A stretch of DNA of 64,000 nucleotides from Felis catus (lineage: Eukaryota). Position numbers and translations under genes: made by a program. The notes under the pieces are model-generated. The model saw nothing but the letters and a program-made list of their open reading frames with translations, was not told where the DNA came from and searched no databases. Where the stretch lies: the NCBI RefSeq assembly GCF_018350175.1, contig NC_058377.1, forward strand, positions 100,378,001 to 100,442,000. The letters run 5' to 3'. Below are positions 51,679 through 64,000 of this stretch, piece after piece. The first letter of the stretch is position 1, and each line of letters begins with the position of its first letter.

Positions 51679-54627
51679 TGTTTTTTAGTATTTGTTAAGG
51701 ATATTTGGAGTTGCCATTCCCAGCTTCTGATCACCATGAACAAATTAGCAGGAACCACAGTGACAAGATGATTTCAGCTACTCGGGGAAGGAAATATGTG
51801 TGAAAAACAGTTGTGCAGATGATATGGGTAAATGAACAGGTAGATTAATATCCTGGTAATTTTAATAATCATAATGGAATGTTGATACTAGTAATCATAA
51901 TGAAAGAGCCATTCCAATCACAGTTACTAAATACCTGAATCTCTTCTGTGTCGTACATACTGAATTATTTAGCCTTCACAGAAACCCTAAAAAGTAGATT
52001 ATTTTAATCTTCATGTCTACAGAGGAAGAAAAAGTAGCACAGAGTTATGTAGGGACTTGTGAAATATGGCACCATACTGCGTAGTGAGTGGGGTATGAAT
52101 CCTGGCTGTGTGGCTTCAGCCTGGATGCTCTGTCATTGTGCTAACCTACCTCTCTGTTCTGCTTTAGGGGATTTGCATCTTAGGCAACCTGGTTTAGAAC
52201 TTGAATTTCTTCAATCAAATCTATAGTTCATCTCTTAACATAATCTTGAGTTTCTCACTGACCCATCTATCCTTTAGGAATTTTTACTCTTCTCTTTGCA
52301 GATGGTTTCTATTCTTCTCATACCAATCACATAGTCCCTTACATAATTAATGCTTTCATCTATGCATATCTTAAAACTCAAAAATCATTAAGAACAGGTG
52401 AGTATTTTGCCCAATCTTCGCAATAAGTCCAGATAATTGTGATTTGATATTTAAAATCAAAGATAATTATGGAATTCTGAGAGAAGGGAACAGGCAGTAC
52501 AATTTTAAAATGTTTTGAAACAAACACCAAATTAGAATGGGGGAATGGACAGCTTGTAATAAAAGAAAAGGAAAAAAGTCATAGAAAAGGGAAAAAGTAA
52601 AATCATAATAGGGAAAGTAGCAGAGGCGGGGACTTACATAGTTCTCGCTTATTATAAGCTGGATCTTTTTCTCATTTTATCTACAGTGTAACCATGGTTA
52701 TGTGTAAAGTAGTTTTCCCCAGCTAGTAAAGAGTGGAGCTGGGATTTGAACCCAAGACATCTGACTACAGCAACTGTGTTCTTGACCAAGAAATGTAGTT
52801 AGTTATTTTCTTGATGAACAGCCATCCCAGATAAAATATCAACATTGCAAAATATGAACTGACCAAAGATAAAAAATTTCATAAAAGCAGTATTTTCATT
52901 AAAAATGTAGTAACAATGTAAAATGTGGTTGGTGATAAAAATGTATGTGCATATAACAAAATACAATTGTTTTCTACCAACCAAATGAGAGAATAAGATC
53001 GTGTCATAAAATAACCTTTCTTGTTTGTTTGCATGTTCATCAGCTTTTTTGCAAAATCATCAACCTTGAAATATTGACCATATATGTATATAGTAAAAGG
53101 ATGTAGAGATACACACATTTGTAAATATACTTAGAGAATGTTTCCTAAAAGACATTTCTAAAAGAAAACCAAAAGTAGTTATTTCTGGAGAGTAGGAGTA
53201 TAAATTCAATAATTTGGAGACAGTTTTAAATATTCTTTTATTCTTCTGTGTCTTTTGAATAACGAATGATAGACATGAATTATTTCATCATAAAATATAG
53301 TTAATAAATGGACACAAAATGTTGAGAAACATTTTTAATAATTATCAACAGCATGATGATCTCTAGCATTTGGGACAACAACATCATACTCGGGAAATTA
53401 CTTTAGGTTGTTATTTATGTGACTCAAAATTGGAAACTATATAAATAACTCAAAGAACAAATGGTCAAAGAGATGCCACTTACAAAACTTTATACAATGT
53501 TGTGTAATTAAATTAACAGTTAAACTAATGATAAATATAATGACATGGGAGGAAGTGTTATAATAATTCAAGTCAAAATCAGGACGCAAAATGATATTAT
53601 ATGGTGATTTCAGTGACAAACTCAACATGTTATGAACAAAAACTTGAAATAGAACAATCATAACATAGTATGTTGGAATTATGGGATACTATTCGGTTGA
53701 AATTTTTAGAAGTATCCTGGTGACTTCAGGGTAAAATGAACATCTCTGAGTAACAACAGGCATCATTTAGATTATAGGCATCATTAGGAATTTTATAGCA
53801 TGTTGAATTTACAGGCAGAGATGCTCAATATTCTGAGTTTAGTCTCACAGTAGAGTCAAGAAGGTAAATAGTTTTCCTCAATTATGTCAACTTCAAAGGT
53901 GTCCCGACATTTGTTATATAATGGCGTCAGTAAAACTGACATTGAACAAGGGAGGTTAAGTAAAAGATTGTCAAAACAGATTTTTATAAAGCATATTTCA
54001 TCCAACATACTGATGGAGTCAGAGATAAAGGGGTTAGGGGCCCAAAAATGAGTGAACTGAACAGAGAATACTTTCTTCCAGAGGGATTTTCCAACAATTT
54101 AATTATAGTGGAATAGTGTTTTCCAGATTTCAAAGCACATAGATAAAAAAATGCATAACACATGAGATATATGTGTGTATCTGTGTGCATATACAATCTT
54201 TTAATTCTTAAGGAAACTCAGGATCAGCTAAGGCAAATATTTGCACTCCATTTTTCATATGAAAGCTAAATTATGAGACAGTTAAGTCACTTGCCCAAGG
54301 ACAGTTCAAGTTCTGCAGTTTTCAGTCTTGGTAGGAATCATAATTTTTTAAGGACATTTCATTTTACCTCCCCAAATGCAAAGGCTTTGTTGACCCAAGG
54401 CAGTTAGCTTCTGAATCGACAGATAGATCTGGGAGAGGCTTGGGCATCTGCTGATTTACCAAGAGTCAAAGAGGATTGAAGGCAGTCAGAGGTAACATAA
54501 CATGAAGCAAAAACAAGGCATTCAGAGTTCAGCCCACCGATCTTCCCGAGCTGTCACTTCTTTTCTTCTCTTTGCAGATTCAGCCCTTGTCCTCAACTGC
54601 ACCTTACTTTCAGCCAGTAGAATTGCG

Positions 54628-55536
54628 ATGAATAGCAGTGTGACTGAATTCATTCTCCTTGGGTTGACTCAGGATGCAGGAAAGCAGAAGGCAGTATTTG
54701 GTGTCTTCTTGATTCTTTACCTTTCGACACTGTCGGGGAACTTTCTCATTGTAGTGACTATTAAAATAAGCAAGACCCTTGGGAGTCCCATGTACTTCTT
54801 CCTGTTCTATCTGTCTTTTGCTGACGCCTGCTTCTCTACAACCACAGCCCCCAGATTGATTGTGGATGCCCTTGCTCAGAAGAAGACCATTTCCTACAAT
54901 GAGTGCATGACTCAGGTCTTTGCAGCCCATTTCTTTGGGTGCATGGAAATCTTGGTGCTCATCCTCATGGCTTTTGATCGCTATGTAGCTATTTGTAAGC
55001 CATTGCAATACACAACCATCATGAACCGGCACGTGTGCAGTGTTTTGGTGATTCTAGCCTGGGTGGGATCTTGTATCCACTCTTCAGCACAAATTTTCCT
55101 GGCTTTGAGATTGCCTTTCTGTGGCCCCAACGTGATTGACCACTATTTCTGTGACTTGCAGCCCTTGTTGAAACTTGCCTGTATGGACACTTATGTGACA
55201 AATTTGCTAGTTGTTTCCAACAGTGGGGCCATATGCACGGTGAGTTTCATAATCCCGCTTACCTCCTATGTTGTCATCTTGTACTCTCTGCGTAACCACA
55301 GTGCTGAAGGAAGGCGAAAAGCCCTTTCCACCTGCACCTCCCACTTTATTGTGGTTGTCTTATTTTTTGGTCCATGCATATTCATATACACACGCCCACC
55401 AACCACATTTCCAATAGACAAGACAGTGGCTGTGTTTTATACAATTGGGACACCCTTGCTCAACCCTCTGATCTATACCCTGAGGAATATGGAAGTGAAA
55501 AAAGCCATGAAGAAATTATGGTGTAGCAAAGTATGA
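54628..55536 (+). CDS. Olfactory receptor 4C11-like, duplicate copy B (302-aa core)
   Basis: Intact OR motifs. 27 of 302 residues differ from copy A by manual count. Acceptor ends at 54577. Confidence 0.92.
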   Translation: MNSSVTEFILLGLTQDAGKQKAVFGVFLILYLSTLSGNFLIVVTIKISKTLGSPMYFFLFYLSFADACFSTTTAPRLIVDALAQKKTISYNECMTQVFAAHFFGCMEILVLILMAFDRYVAICKPLQYTTIMNRHVCSVLVILAWVGSCIHSSAQIFLALRLPFCGPNVIDHYFCDLQPLLKLACMDTYVTNLLVVSNSGAICTVSFIIPLTSYVVILYSLRNHSAEGRRKALSTCTSHFIVVVLFFGPCIFIYTRPPTTFPIDKTVAVFYTIGTPLLNPLIYTLRNMEVKKAMKKLWCSKV

Positions 55537-57889
55537 CTTCTCTTGATACAGGATATTTAGGGATTCTAATGTATATTTCCTTTTTTTTTTCTAATGTTTA
55601 TTTCCTTAAGAGATTGGTTTTCCTTCATGGACAGGAAAGATGAAATATTCTCATTGGGGGAAAGTCCATTAAGGAATTTTAATATCACTAATATTTTATA
55701 TATTTAATTGAATTATCATAAATAAGTATGAATGAATATACATCCTTAATTCTGAGAGAATTGCATTAGAATAGGATAACTTAAAGTCTGTAACCATTTT
55801 GAACCACCTTGCTGGCCCTTAGTTGAATTCTATTCACCTATGGCCATATTTGCATGATAATTTCACCTCCTGTGCAATTTGTCTTCAGAAAGAAATGCAC
55901 TGACTAGTGACAAAATGATTGTGTAGTGTGTGTATGTGTGTGCACACACTAATTCTTTACAGATTTTATTCTCGTCCTTAAGAACTTGGACATAGAGCTA
56001 ATCCATATGGAACTGGAACTTAGAAATAAAGGTAGTGGTCTTGACTACCTGGGACTTAGCGATGATGTTCTGAGAAATTCTGTGGTGGAATCTGTGCCTG
56101 AGCCTGACTCACTGGGACGTCTACATGGATGGACCCTCAAACTCCCAGAAAAGCTGGAAACCTCAGTGAAAACCTGGACTGTCACTGGAAAAAACTCTCA
56201 ACATTTGGTGAATGGTGGGAGAAGGAGAGTTTTACACTTGGCAGTGATGGGCGGTATCTGCCAGTCAGCTGCTTTATTGGCAGGGTCCTTCCCCTTCATG
56301 TTCACAGAGAAGGGGCAATGTGGGTGTTTGGCAGCAGAAATATGCAGAAGGATGAGGGGTAGAAGGAGGGCTGGAGAGCTATGTACACTGTAGAGACAGA
56401 AAAGGTGAATGGAAAGTGGTAAGGTTAAGAAAATATGTTTATTAGTGCTCAGAAGCTGTGGGAATTCTCTTCTCATGCTTAGATCATAGAGATCCCAGAT
56501 TCCCTTAGATTTTAGATAAGGTCTCAGTTGGGAGGGGTGGGAGAAGTGGTCAGGGGACAGAAAGGTCTTACTTGACCTGGTACCTTAACAAACTGGCTCA
56601 CTGTCTTTGCTTCTGAAAAATCTTGAAATCCTTTTATTTGCCTTCCTTTTGGGGGATTTTTGTAGGCTGTCTAATTTTAGTATCCTTGATGTGGGAAGAA
56701 GGTTTCTATTTCTTATGATAACTGATGACTCCTTGTTAGCCCTCAGAAAGCCAGTGGTTACCTTCCAAATTCTGTACCCTTCCCAATGAACTCTTTTCGG
56801 CTGGTCCCTAGAAGATCTCCTTACAGCTTCTCTGTGGCATCTATCTAGTTGTAAGATACTTCTGTTGACCATTTCCTTTGGTTTGGAAATAGGCATAAGG
56901 TGATTTAGATACAGAGTTCACATCCATTGTGTCTACTCAACATTTCAATTTTAACTCCTTGCTACATGAGAAAGGTTACATTATAAATAATTTCTGTGAA
57001 CACTGGACCCCAAGATAATTTATTTTCATTTAGAAAGTGATTGTACATTACTCTGAAATGGGAAATATTTACTTCTTTTCACATAAAAGCTAAAATTTTA
57101 AGAATAAAAATTTGTATAATATAACCTTATCTGTAGTTGAGAAAGACTTCAAGTGAACTGGGTGGAGATTGACCTTGGGAAGGAGTAATGAGGAAAGGCG
57201 AAAGGGAGTCACTCCAAGTATAGGAACAAGAGAAAGGAAAGGAAGACAGAAAATAAGTCTTTTCATTGGTCATAAGGAAAAATGACTTCATCAAAGTTTC
57301 AAGATGCCTCTTATAAAATCCTTCTGTGATTTCAGTGACGAGGAGAGATGTGTCTGTTCTCTCCTCTCTACATTTAGGTTGGAATCCTGTGCAAACAAAA
57401 TGACCTCAGCATCCGGGACAGAATCATCACTAGGGTTCAACAGAAAATGGGCATAGTTAGTATTGAGGTAATTATAGCATCAGCCACTTCAAATAGCTGG
57501 ACAACTGAGGAGGGTCTGTAGGAATCTAACAAGTGATAGGTAGTTACAGAGTTCTGTAAGGTATCATAGAGATCTGTCACCCTCGTCCTTTCTTCACCCC
57601 ATGAATCAGAAGGGGTGGATCAGGTTAGAAGCTAGAATGATAGGGTTTGAACAGTAAAACACAGTTAAGGAATAATGGCAGTGTCCTAGGTCCCCTGAGC
57701 TTCTAAGCTGACCCGCAGTACCTAAAAAATTAAAATAAAAATTTCCAGAAGGAAGACAGGATTTTTTAGCTGGGAATTCCAGCAAAAGTGCTGAGAATGC
57801 ATATTCTATGGGTCAGACACCTCTCCCTGAAACAATCACTGTGGTAAAACAACAAAAAGTTCTCTGTGTTCAGATCCAGGTGAATGGGT

Positions 57890-58230
57890 GGCTCTATGAT
57901 CTTCTCTGGGACCTCTCAGGTGTTTGGGGTCGATTAGCTATAGTCTGATCTGATATGATCTTGAATGCGACGGTGGTGCTCTTTCCCCGGTGGCCTGTCG
58001 TCCAGCATGCTAATCCGGGGTTGTTCTCATGGCAGAAGTGTCTCAGAGAGGAAATGAAAGTGCACAAACCTCTTGAGGCAGAGGCTCAGAACGGGCGTTC
58101 TGTCGGGGTGTCTACCACGTTCTTTCGGTCCAAGTGAGTCACAGGGACTTCCCAGACTCAGAAAGGGAAGGTCTGCAAAGTTACAAGGAAACCAGTGTAG
58201 ATACAGGGAGGCTAATAACTGTGGGCACAG
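57890..58230. mobile_element. Probable MaLR (MLT1) LTR relic
   Basis: gttctcatggcagaag...cctcttgaggcagaggctcagaac...ccaagtgagtcacagg pattern. Confidence 0.4.
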
Positions 58231-59129
58231 TGTAATAAATCTGGCCCAAATGCTTACCACGTGCCAGGGAGTTTTCAACGTGTTTTGTAGAATTTAATTG
58301 ATTTCATCCTTAGCAGTGCCTATAGTATACTCTATGTCTTTGTTCATGCTGGTCCCATTACCTAGAATGTCCTTTACTTTGGCTAACTTGGAAACACCTT
58401 ACTCACGTTTTCAGGCTCAACTTCAATGTCATCTCTTCCAGGAAGCTTTTCGTGGCTCAGCCAAAGGCTCTTTATTTACACTCCGTTAGTACTTGTGTAA
58501 ATTACTTCTCAACATGTTCATCACATTATGTTGAATTTAATTAATTTGTGTACCTTTCCATGGCTTTTACATTTCCTATCTCCAGGGAATTGGCATAGAG
58601 GAATTTAGAAGCATAGGGTTAAACTGGGCTTTAAACTAGGCTTAGAAATTTATCTGGAACAATTCACTTAATCTCTTTGTATCTCAGGTAGCTCATTTGC
58701 CAAATGGGAGCACAACGGTAGTGAATGTATAGATTTGTGGCAAAGATGAGACGAGTTAACATTGATAAAGTGCTCAGGGAAGTGCCCGCGATATGATAAA
58801 TGCACAATACCCTTCATTATTATTGCTTATATTTGCATGATCACAATACACATAATCAGTAATGTTTCAATAAACTGAAATATTTTTAAAACTCTTCAAG
58901 GAACTTAAAAAGCAGATGTCGTCTTTCCGAAACAATCAAGATGATGTTCTGAAAAATATTGCTTAGAGAAATTAGTTGAAAGGGTTCAAACATGGGACTG
59001 AGCAGGATATATATTTAGTGCTTCACTGACAAGTTACACCAGGGAGAGTTACGTCACTCACAGGAAAAGTTTCCTTTCTTCTCTCATTTCCCAGCTTCCT
59101 TTCAGTTGGGTACAAGTGATTTTATCTGC

Positions 59130-60560
59130 CTGGCCCCTGTGGATTACTACAGCTTTGTGATATATTTGCTCTTGGTTCTTCTCCCCCTTTCCCCCTCCCC
59201 GTCCCCTCAAATCTTTGACCATTCTCACATATATATTCAACCGCATGGAGTTTAGAATCAGTTTGTCAGTTTCCATGAATATCATCTCCAGAGATTTTGA
59301 TTAGGAGCTCACTCAATGTGTCAATTAATTGGGAAAAGTTAACAACTTTCAAATGTGAGTTTCTCCTATCATGAATCGTAGAACTCACCTTACTCAGTTG
59401 TCATATGTCTTTTTGTGAAGACGTTTAGTCTGCTTTTTGTAGTTTTTGTTACATCTCTTAGTTTGATGATGAAGACCATTTATTTTATTTTTTAAACTTG
59501 TTTATTATGCTTACATTTGGAAGTAATATTGTGCTTATTTTTGACCAAGATTTTTAATAAACACTATAATATGTCTGTTGATTGTGTTGGTTTTGCTAAG
59601 TAGATGAACACATCACCCAGCAATGACTTCTGTTGCTTCATTTTCGGTTCTGATTGCCTTATTTCCTTTTTACTGTTACTTCATTGGCTGACACAGAATT
59701 TCCAAAGTGACAGCCAATGGACTGGAATTCACCTGAAAGTTTGTAAATTTCTTTGATCCCAAATTGTTGTTTAGAATAAGATTTTACCAATCTTTAAAAA
59801 AATCAGCCATCAACATATTCAAATCATTAAAAGTTATATGAAATATGGATGCCTGGGGCGCCTGGGTAGCTCAGTCGGTTAAGCATCCGACTTCAGCTCA
59901 GGTCATGATCTCGCGGTCCGTGAGTTCGAGCCCCACGTCGGGCTCTGGGCTGACAGCTCAGAGCCTGGAGCCTGTTTCAGATTCTGTGTCTCCCTCTCTC
60001 TCTGACCCTCCCCCGTTCATGCTCTGTCTCTCCCTGTCTCAAAAATAAATAAACATTAAAAAAAAAAGAAATATGGATGCCTGATTTGTCTTAAAAATCT
60101 GAGTGTGGGGCAAATTTGGATATATGCTCCCCATAGGGTGACAACAGAGCAGAGCTTAGTTTGGGCAGACTCTAATAGGGGACAGGATTTGCTCCCTTTT
60201 GGTAGGGAACAAATGTTTTACATTTCTTCTTAAACATCTTTGCACAATTTGACTTTACTCAATTTTTAAAATCTTCCTGGTGTCTGTAGGTATATGAGGT
60301 TGAGAACTTGGCATTAAGACTCTTAGTAAAATATATAATAATAGCAGTTATAGAAGATGGCCTTATTTCTGAATTTAATGGATTACTCTTCTAATTAACC
60401 GGGACATTTTCTTTAGGCTTCTGGAACACACCCTTTCATCAAGTTAAAGAGATTCATTTTCCTTTTAGTTGGTTGTGCTTCAATTATAATTCAGTTTAAA
60501 AATTGACATCTCAGAAATAGCCCCTTTTGCTTTTAACTTTATTATTAGAGTTATATAAAT
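59130..60560 (-). mobile_element. Highly decayed old L1 ORF2 remnants, interrupted by a SINE
   Basis: tagaatcagtttgtcagtttcc...gattttgattagg; translation IFMETDKLIL resembles L1 ORF2. Boundaries approximate. Confidence 0.45.
59855..60067 (+). mobile_element. Young CanSINE with TSD
   Basis: TSD gaaatatggatgcct at 59840-59854 and 60068-60082. Confidence 0.95.
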
Positions 60561-61080
60561 ATAACTTTATTATTAGAATATCCTGGTACCAGAAATCAGT
60601 AAACTAAAGATTGTATCGGAAAGCAGAATATGTAAAAAATTTCCAGACCTTATGTGCTAAAATGTATTTAATGAGAAATAGAGGCATGCTGTGACCTGAG
60701 AACTTATTTAATCATCTATAAAAAAGATGTGAACAAACTGGCAGGTAACCCTAAATTATAAGTTGGCACAGTCACAAAAAGCTCTCAACAATAGAATAAG
60801 AAACATGAAACTAAAGCCAGCATCGCACTGTTTCTTTGATTTATGTTTATCAAGGTATCAAATCTCACACATCACAAAATATGAAGTCTTGGACCTCATT
60901 CCGAGGACGTTCCTAGTGTTTATATTATGCGACTCTAATAAAATAAAGATTATCCTAAGCTTTTTCAAAGACCCAAGCCATCACATTGTTGTGGATTTTT
61001 CTTCTGTATTGATACATGGAAAAAAATGAAAAACTACAAAACTAGGAGGAGTACTTTACTGTGAAATAAAGATATTTCTA

Positions 61081-61219
61081 NNNNNNNNNNNNNNNNNNNN
61101 NNNNNNNNNNNNNNNNNNNNNNNNNNNNNNNNNNNNNNNNNNNNNNNNNNNNNNNNNNNNNNNNNNNNNNNNNNNNNNNNNNNNNNNNNNNNNNNNNNNN
61201 NNNNNNNNNNNNNNNNNNN
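61081..61219. other. Assembly gap (139 N)
   Basis: Run of n. Confidence 1.
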
Positions 61220-61327
61220 CTGCCATCATGGAGCTGGAGGTGGGACTCAGACCCACGAACCATGAGATCATGAGCTGAGCTGAAATCAAGAGTCAGATGC
61301 TTAACCGACTGAGCTACCCAGCGCCCC
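61220..61327 (-). mobile_element. CanSINE 5' half running into the assembly gap
   Basis: ccacgaaccatgagatcatgagctgagctgaaatcaagagtcagatgcttaaccgactgagc. Confidence 0.85.
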
Positions 61328-61499
61328 TACTATGAAGTATTTTTAAATGGTACTGTAAAATTCCTTCTACAATCAAAACTGAAAGAACAAATAGAAACTA
61401 GCTGCAAAAGCTTTTTACACTTTGCCTCCAACTCCCCTATAGCACAAAAGTTAAAGTCATTCAGCCTTCCTGGAGAATTTCTGGCTCGAGGTTATTTCT

Positions 61500-61685
61500 T
61501 TTCTTTTTTTTTTTTTTAATATGAAATGTATTGACAAATTGGACCCAGCAATAGCACTGCTAGGAATTTATCCAAGGGATACAGGAGTACTGATGCATAG
61601 GGCCACTTGTACCCCAATGTTCATAGCAGCACTCTCAACAATAGCCAAATGATGGAAAGAGCCTAAATGTCCATCAACGGATGAA
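61500..61685 (-). mobile_element. Miniature 5'-inverted (twin-primed) L1 with 14-bp TSD
   Basis: Poly-T plus 25 nt of L1 terminus (-), then about 145 nt of late ORF2 in the opposite orientation. TSD tcgaggttatttct at 61486-61499 and 61686-61699. Confidence 0.88.
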
Positions 61686-62227
61686 TCGAGGTTATTTCTA
61701 AGAAACCAAAACAACATTCGTGCTCTTTGCGGTTATAGGGAGCGTTAGCTGTCTCCACACGACATAATCTGACCCCTGTGTACATTTCTCACCTTGCTTC
61801 TTGCCACTCTACGTGGACCACTATGTTCCTTGAAAATACCATGATAGTCCTGTTTTAGAGTCTCCCTTTCTAGAATCTTCATCGCACTCATCCTCACGTG
61901 CCGTTTCCTTCTGATCATTGCTGTCATTTATTGGTGTTCTCATCATTAAAAGTATTAAAGTTATTAAAAGTATTAATATATTTCATCACTTTTCCTCAAC
62001 AATCAGCTGAAATGCTATGGGCTAATAGAATCCTTCTCTTCCTACCCAATATGAAGGACCCTCCACAAAATAACCAGAGCCTTCCATTTCCACCGACTCT
62101 GTTCTAATGATCACTCCCTGCCTTTTGTTTGTTTGTTTTTAATTACTTATTGATTATCTCCTTGTTCCCCCCAACTATCTGAACTTGGCTGTTTGGGCAG
62201 GGGAGTGGGGAAAGCTCCTCCATTCTA

Positions 62228-62850
62228 TAATCATTCAACAGACATTTATTGAAAACCTAACAGATGCCAGGCATAAATAAAACGAAAGTCCTTCCCACAA
62301 GATGTCCAGTACAGAGAAAGCTGGCAAGTAGCCAAAGTCAAATGACGTTTATGTCAAAGCAATTATACTGTTGATCATTTTTACTAAGAAAATATGGAAG
62401 ATGTCGGCGTAGGGATTACGGTAGGAGTGGACGAATCTTTAACAGAGGTGTGAGGGGGGAGGCTCTATGAGGTGATAGTGCTTCATCTCTTAGTTTGAAG
62501 CTGTAAATTAGGGGGAAACAGCCACCTGAAGAGGAGGAGGGCTTGCTCTCAGAGAGAAGCAAAAACTTGAAGAGCTGTGGGGGCAGGTGAAAAAGTCCCA
62601 CAACTGCTGACGGACAGTGAAGGAGGAGGTGAGGCACTCCAGATGTGGACTTAGAGGCAGTAGAAAGATTAAGTGGAGAATTTTACCACAAGGCAGGATG
62701 CTTCTAAAGGCAATGGGAAGCCAAGGAGGGTCGAAATCAGTAGCAGATCATAAACCTTTAACAAATCCATGGTCCTTAAATCCTAAATCATAAAGAACTT
62801 TATATTGTTAAGAAATCCCTCTGGCCGCTAGTGGAGAATGGACAGTTTAT
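62228..62850 (-). mobile_element. L2 3' end relic
   Basis: tcattcaacagacatttattga...atgccaggc and aggcaatgggaagcc. Confidence 0.5.
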
Positions 62851-62879
62851 TTCTCACACGTGTCTGAAAGAATTCCTCT

Positions 62880-63842
62880 TTATGGGAGACATGATGCTCT
62901 TAGCATGACACGCACCTGCCAACAAAAGCCCCCCCCTTTCCCCCACAGTTTCCCCATGGCAGTTTTCACCTCTGCGTTCCTCAGGGTGTAGATCAGGGGG
63001 TTTAACATGGGCGTGATGATGGAATCAGACACGGCCATTGCCTTGTCTATGGGGTAAGTGGCCACAGGCCGCACGTACAGGAAAATGCAGGGCACGAAGA
63101 ACAAGACGACCACAGTGAGGTGGGAGCCACAGGTCGACAGGGCTTTGCGCCGCCCCGCAGAGCTGCAAGACTTCAGGGAGCAGAGGATGACCACGTAGGA
63201 GGCCACGAGGATAAGGAAGATGGTCACACACATCACCCCACTGTTGAGGATGACTAAGAGACCCAGGGCATGGGTGTCCATGCAGGCGAGTTTCAGCAAT
63301 GGGAACAAATCACATATGAAGTGATCGATGACATTGGGACCACAGAAGGGTATTTGATACATGAAGAGAAGCTGTATCGCTGCGTGGATAAACCCCCCCA
63401 CGCAGGCGCCTCCCAGCAGCAGGCGGCACACCCGAGGGTTCATGATGCTCGGGTAGTGCAGGGGCTTACAGATGGCCACGTAGCGGTCATAGGCCATCAC
63501 GACGAGAAGGATGACCCCCACACCACCAAAGAAATGCTCCGCAAAGAGCTGGGCCATGCAGCCTTCAAATGAGATGGTAGTTCTCTCGGAGAAGGAGTCC
63601 ACGATCATCTTGGGGGCAATGACAGAACAGTAGGTGGCGTCCATGAGGGACAAGGAAGTGAGAAAAAAATACATAGGTGATCTCAGGCTCTGACTTGTGA
63701 TCACGGTTACCACCATGAGTAGGTTCCCCAAAACCGTGGACACGTACAGGATTAGAAACACAGCAGAGAGCGTTTTCCGCAGCTCTGGGTTCTCTGTGAT
63801 GCCCAAAAGAATGAATTCAGTCGCATTGTTTGGATTCTCCAT
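62880..63842 (-). CDS. OR4C6: Olfactory receptor 4C6-like (320 aa)
   Basis: OR motifs intact. [28 protein letters not shown] is the atypical TM7 I recall for human OR4C6. Acceptor ttttag at 63885-63886, 42 nt before the ATG. One-to-one orthology is not verified. Confidence 0.85.
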   Translation of the reverse strand: MENPNNATEFILLGITENPELRKTLSAVFLILYVSTVLGNLLMVVTVITSQSLRSPMYFFLTSLSLMDATYCSVIAPKMIVDSFSERTTISFEGCMAQLFAEHFFGGVGVILLVVMAYDRYVAICKPLHYPSIMNPRVCRLLLGGACVGGFIHAAIQLLFMYQIPFCGPNVIDHFICDLFPLLKLACMDTHALGLLVILNSGVMCVTIFLILVASYVVILCSLKSCSSAGRRKALSTCGSHLTVVVLFFVPCIFLYVRPVATYPIDKAMAVSDSIITPMLNPLIYTLRNAEVKTAMGKLWGKGGGFCWQVRVMLRASCLP

Positions 63843-64000
63843 TTATTGGGTGCTTATATGAGCTCCAGCTGGGAGCTGGAAAACCTAAAAATGCAACATA
63901 TGATTTATAATTAGTGATTGTTGGCCTCATGTCTTTCCAGGACCTCAGGGACCTTATTATTTGTTTGTATTCATTTATTCACTATCCAAGCATTTGGATC

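Larger units (their letters stand above)
47450..57045 (+). repeat. Tandem segmental duplication, copy B
   Basis: Colinear similarity to 31875-42936, sharing a SINE, a (CA)n tract, an L1 3' fragment and the OR CDS. Confidence 0.92.

Noticed and set aside
60590-61060. Possible DNA-transposon relic
   Set aside because: No terminal inverted repeats or TSD could be identified by eye.

Overview
Mammalian genomic DNA, almost certainly a carnivore and probably a felid: it carries many tRNA-derived CanSINE/SINEC_Fc-type SINEs and cat-type L1 3' ends. The window is part of a class II olfactory receptor cluster (family 4, subfamily C) with six apparently intact single-coding-exon OR genes. On + are an OR4C6-like chimera (6411-7418), OR4C15 (core 17719-18654) and three OR4C11-like genes (cores 25679-26593, 39418-40326, 54628-55536); on - is an OR4C6-like gene (62880-63842). 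Two of the OR4C11-like genes lie in an approximately 10-11 kb tandem duplication (about 31875-42936 and 47450-57045) separated by a rearranged L1. The rest is SINEs, L1/L2/MIR/LTR relics, microsatellites and one 139-N gap. I see no new protein-coding system. The notable signals concern genome evolution: (1) an 800-nt gene-conversion tract between inverted OR paralogues 56 kb apart; (2) an OR C-terminus rebuilt from sequence copied from 1 kb upstream; (3) a U6 snRNA-L1 chimeric retrocopy and an ERV solo LTR whose empty sites are visible in the sister duplicate; (4) twin-primed and doubly inverted L1s; (5) a homologous promoter/first non-coding exon module shared by the three OR4C11-like genes; (6) a CCAAT-containing 23-bp minisatellite. 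Orthologue and repeat-family names come from recalled sequences, not from database searches.
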